From Callorhinchus milii (lineage: Eukaryota), in contig NW_024704743.1 in the NCBI RefSeq assembly GCF_018977255.1, positions 1 to 64,000 of the forward strand: a stretch of 64,000 nucleotides of DNA, given 5' to 3'. A program made the translations under genes and the position numbers. Positions 61,673 through 64,000 of the stretch are shown in pieces. The stretch's first letter is position 1, and each line of letters opens with the position of its first letter. The notes under the pieces were generated by a model. It made no database searches. It had not been told where the DNA came from and worked only from the letters and a program-made list of their open reading frames with translations.

Positions 61673-62177
61673 CTGATTTCCAGAGGGAGCCGGAGCTCTC
61701 GGACACGGGGGAGTCTCCCGGCCGGAAGATTCCCAGCAGCTCGTCCCGGAAGAGGACCTTGCGGCAGTACTGGACCTCCATGACGGACAGCGCGGCGGAC
61801 ATGCGGGCCGAGGTCAGGTGGTAGGTCACGTCCGGGCGGCCGATGAAGCGTTGCCGCACGGTGACCTGGTAGGGGCTGCGGACCCTGACCTCGTCCACCT
61901 CCTCCCGGAGGTACCGGTGGACGGGCCGAGATTCCCAGTCCAGGATGTCCAGGCCGGAGCACAGCACGCACAGCGCTCCCTGCTGGAGGCCGGTGTCCGC
62001 GTCCCGGGAGTACAGCACCGGCACCTTGACGATGAGTCCGCCCTCGGCCGCGCCGCCTCCTCCATTCCCGCTTCCTCCATTCCCGCTTCCTCCGGCCCGC
62101 CTCCTCCGGCCCCGCCCGCCGCCCGCGATCTGCTCCCGAACGGCCACCAGGGCGGCGACTCGAGCTGCGTCAAAAGC
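61673..62177 (-). CDS. snap47: SNAP47 second coding exon, with an apparent 1-nt frameshift in the GC-rich linker (~62045-62135)
   Basis: AG 62179-62178, GT 61672-61671. LLTQLESPPWWPFGS is in one frame and EGGLIVKVPV...VRSPYQVTVRQRFIGRPDVTYHLTSARM...SLWKS in another. 505 nt is one base short of phase consistency. Confidence 0.9.
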
Positions 62178-62299
62178 CTGACCACGACAACAACTCATTA
62201 CATTCACGTTCGATCAGTCATCTTAATCATTGGATGTCTCGAAGCGCTTCACACGATACACTAATCATTGGATGTCTCGAAGCGCTTCGCACGACACAC

Positions 62300-62324
62300 N
62301 NNNNNNNNNNNNNNNNNNNNNNNN
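62300..62324. other. Assembly gap (25 N)
   Basis: N run, preceded by a 38-bp direct duplication (62224-62299). Confidence 1.
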
Positions 62325-62763
62325 GGTTAAGGTGTAGTGACTGTGCGACCGGTGGGCGAGACCCACAGCAGCCTCTCCCACCAACGCCCGTGGATCGCGG
62401 TGACCGATTTATTGTCACTATTAATTATTTTGTTCCTTTGGAAGGGATTATTACCCCCCAGGAAAAAGCCATCCGCCGACCGACTTAGCGACCGGATTCC
62501 TACCTACTGCTGGGTCCGCGCAGCCGCGCCTGTGGAGTGAGGAAGCGCTCGGGAATCGAACCCGGGTCCCCTCGCTCGCGAGGCGACTGCTCTAACAATC
62601 GAGCGACAGGGAACTCCGCCACAGGAGCGTTCTAACCGATACGTAAGAAAAGTTTATTTGGTTGACCGTGTGTGGGTGGGGCTGTGCGGGGGGTTGGGGA
62701 GGGGGGGGCTGCGTGTGGGAGGGGGGGGGTGGGGGGGATCTGCCTTGTCGGAGGGGCCATTAC

Positions 62764-63296
62764 CTGTTAGCCACGTCCATGTCCGACTCGATCTTGTCCA
62801 GCCCCTTCGTGATGCGGTCAAACTGCTCCCCTTGGTGGTGGAGGACGGTCGTCGTGTCCTCCAGCCGCCTCTGGGAGCTGGTGGCCAGGCTGATCAGCTC
62901 CTTGCCCTTGGATGAGGGGCTTCCCCAGGGCGAGGCCGCGGCCCCCTCCCCGTTCCCGCTCCCCTCCCCGCCCCCCTCCTGGCCCAACAGCTGTTCCCTC
63001 CAGAAGTGTTCCAACACGTTGAAGACCGCTGCCCGGCTGGGCCGGAGCGAGGAGAACCAGTGCTTGTGGCCCCCGCTGGCTAGCACCGTCAGGGAGCTGA
63101 ACACCAGGCTAGACGTCTCCTTCCTGACCTCCAGCATCGCCGACAGCTCCAGGCGGACCAGCGGCTCCGGCCTCTCCTTCTCCGCCCGGAACACCAGTTG
63201 GCTGGGGGTCATCTGGAGGGTCCCATATGCCCAGCGCCGCTCGCCACTCACGTAGTAAGCTCCCGGCCAGGAGTACAGACACAGGTCACTGGTCAT
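62764..63296 (-). CDS. snap47: SNAP47 first coding exon (PH-like domain and start of first SNARE motif)
   Basis: ATG at 63296, upstream acceptor AG 63328-63327, donor GT 62763-62762. MTSDLCLYSWPGAYY...KHWFSSLRPSRAAVFNVLEHFWRE...RLEDTTTVLHHQGEQFDRITKGLDKIESDMDVANR matches my recollection of SNAP47. Synteny with WNT9A agrees. Confidence 0.95.
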
Positions 63297-63394
63297 TGCG
63301 ACTGCAACTCGATGACAGAGCGGAACCTGGGGCAGAACAACAACAACAACAACAACAATTTGCTAACTATCTTACATTTCGTGCCCGCCCCCTC

Positions 63395-63975
63395 CCCCTC
63401 ACCCTCACCCACACCCCCACCCTCACCCTCACCCACACCCCCACCCTCACCCTCACCTCACCCCACCCCCACACCCCCACCTCACCCCACACTCACCCCC
63501 ACACCCCACCTCACCCCCACACCCCACCCACACCCCCACCCCACCCTCACCCCCACCCCCACACCCCCACCTCCCCACCCCCACACCCCCACCTCACCCC
63601 CACCCCCACACCCCCACCCTCACCCCCACCCCGCACCCTCACCCCCACCTCACCCCACCTCACCCCCACCCTCACCCCCACCCTCACCCCACCTCACCCC
63701 CACCTCACCCCCACCCCACCCCCACCCTCACCCCCACCCTCACCCCCACCCTCACCCCCACCCTCACCCCCACCTCCACCCCCACCCTCACCCCACCCTC
63801 ACCCCCACCCTCACCCCCACCCTCACCCACCCTCACCCCCACCCTCACCCCACCCTCACCCCCCCATCCCCACCCCCACCCTCACCCCCACCTCACCCTC
63901 ACCCCCACCCCACACCCTCCACCTCACCCCCACTCTCACCCCCACCATCACCCCCCCACCCTCACCCCCCCCCAA
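63395..63975. repeat. C-rich (CCCTCACCCCCA)n array upstream of the first snap47 coding exon
   Basis: Direct inspection. Confidence 0.92.
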
Positions 63976-64000
63976 CCTCCCTCATCTCCAAGAGAGGTCC

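Noticed and set aside
62224..62299. 38-bp direct repeat as a target-site or regulatory repeat
   Set aside because: It is SINE-tail sequence duplicated right at a gap edge, likely an assembly artefact.
63395..63975. Telomere or interstitial telomeric array
   Set aside because: Units are CCCTCA/CCCCCA variants with no canonical CCCTAA run.

Overview
GC-rich, repeat-dense vertebrate genomic DNA. The Deu-domain tRNA-SINEs, CR1/L2 LINE debris and a ~60-bp satellite point to a cartilaginous fish (inference). Three 25-N gaps indicate a gap-filled draft assembly. Two genes are recognisable. (1) wnt9a: exons 2 and 3 are on the minus strand and the last coding exon is present twice, inside a >=3.2-kb inverted repeat pair (1-3230 / 9634-12879). 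The copy co-oriented with exons 2-3 has a 1-nt frameshift. The opposite-strand copy is intact and is followed by 3'UTR-like sequence. Exon 1 was not found. (2) snap47: four coding exons on the minus strand (58727-63296), with one apparent 1-nt frameshift. Between them I assembled by hand a minus-strand, phase-consistent chain of nine candidate exons (57084 to 25569, ~366 aa) that I cannot assign to a known family. The five central exons are the best supported. The rest of the window is SINEs, LINE fragments, an unclassified interspersed repeat, micro/minisatellites and short unique islands with enhancer-like motif clusters. No bona fide tRNA, rRNA or CRISPR array was found.
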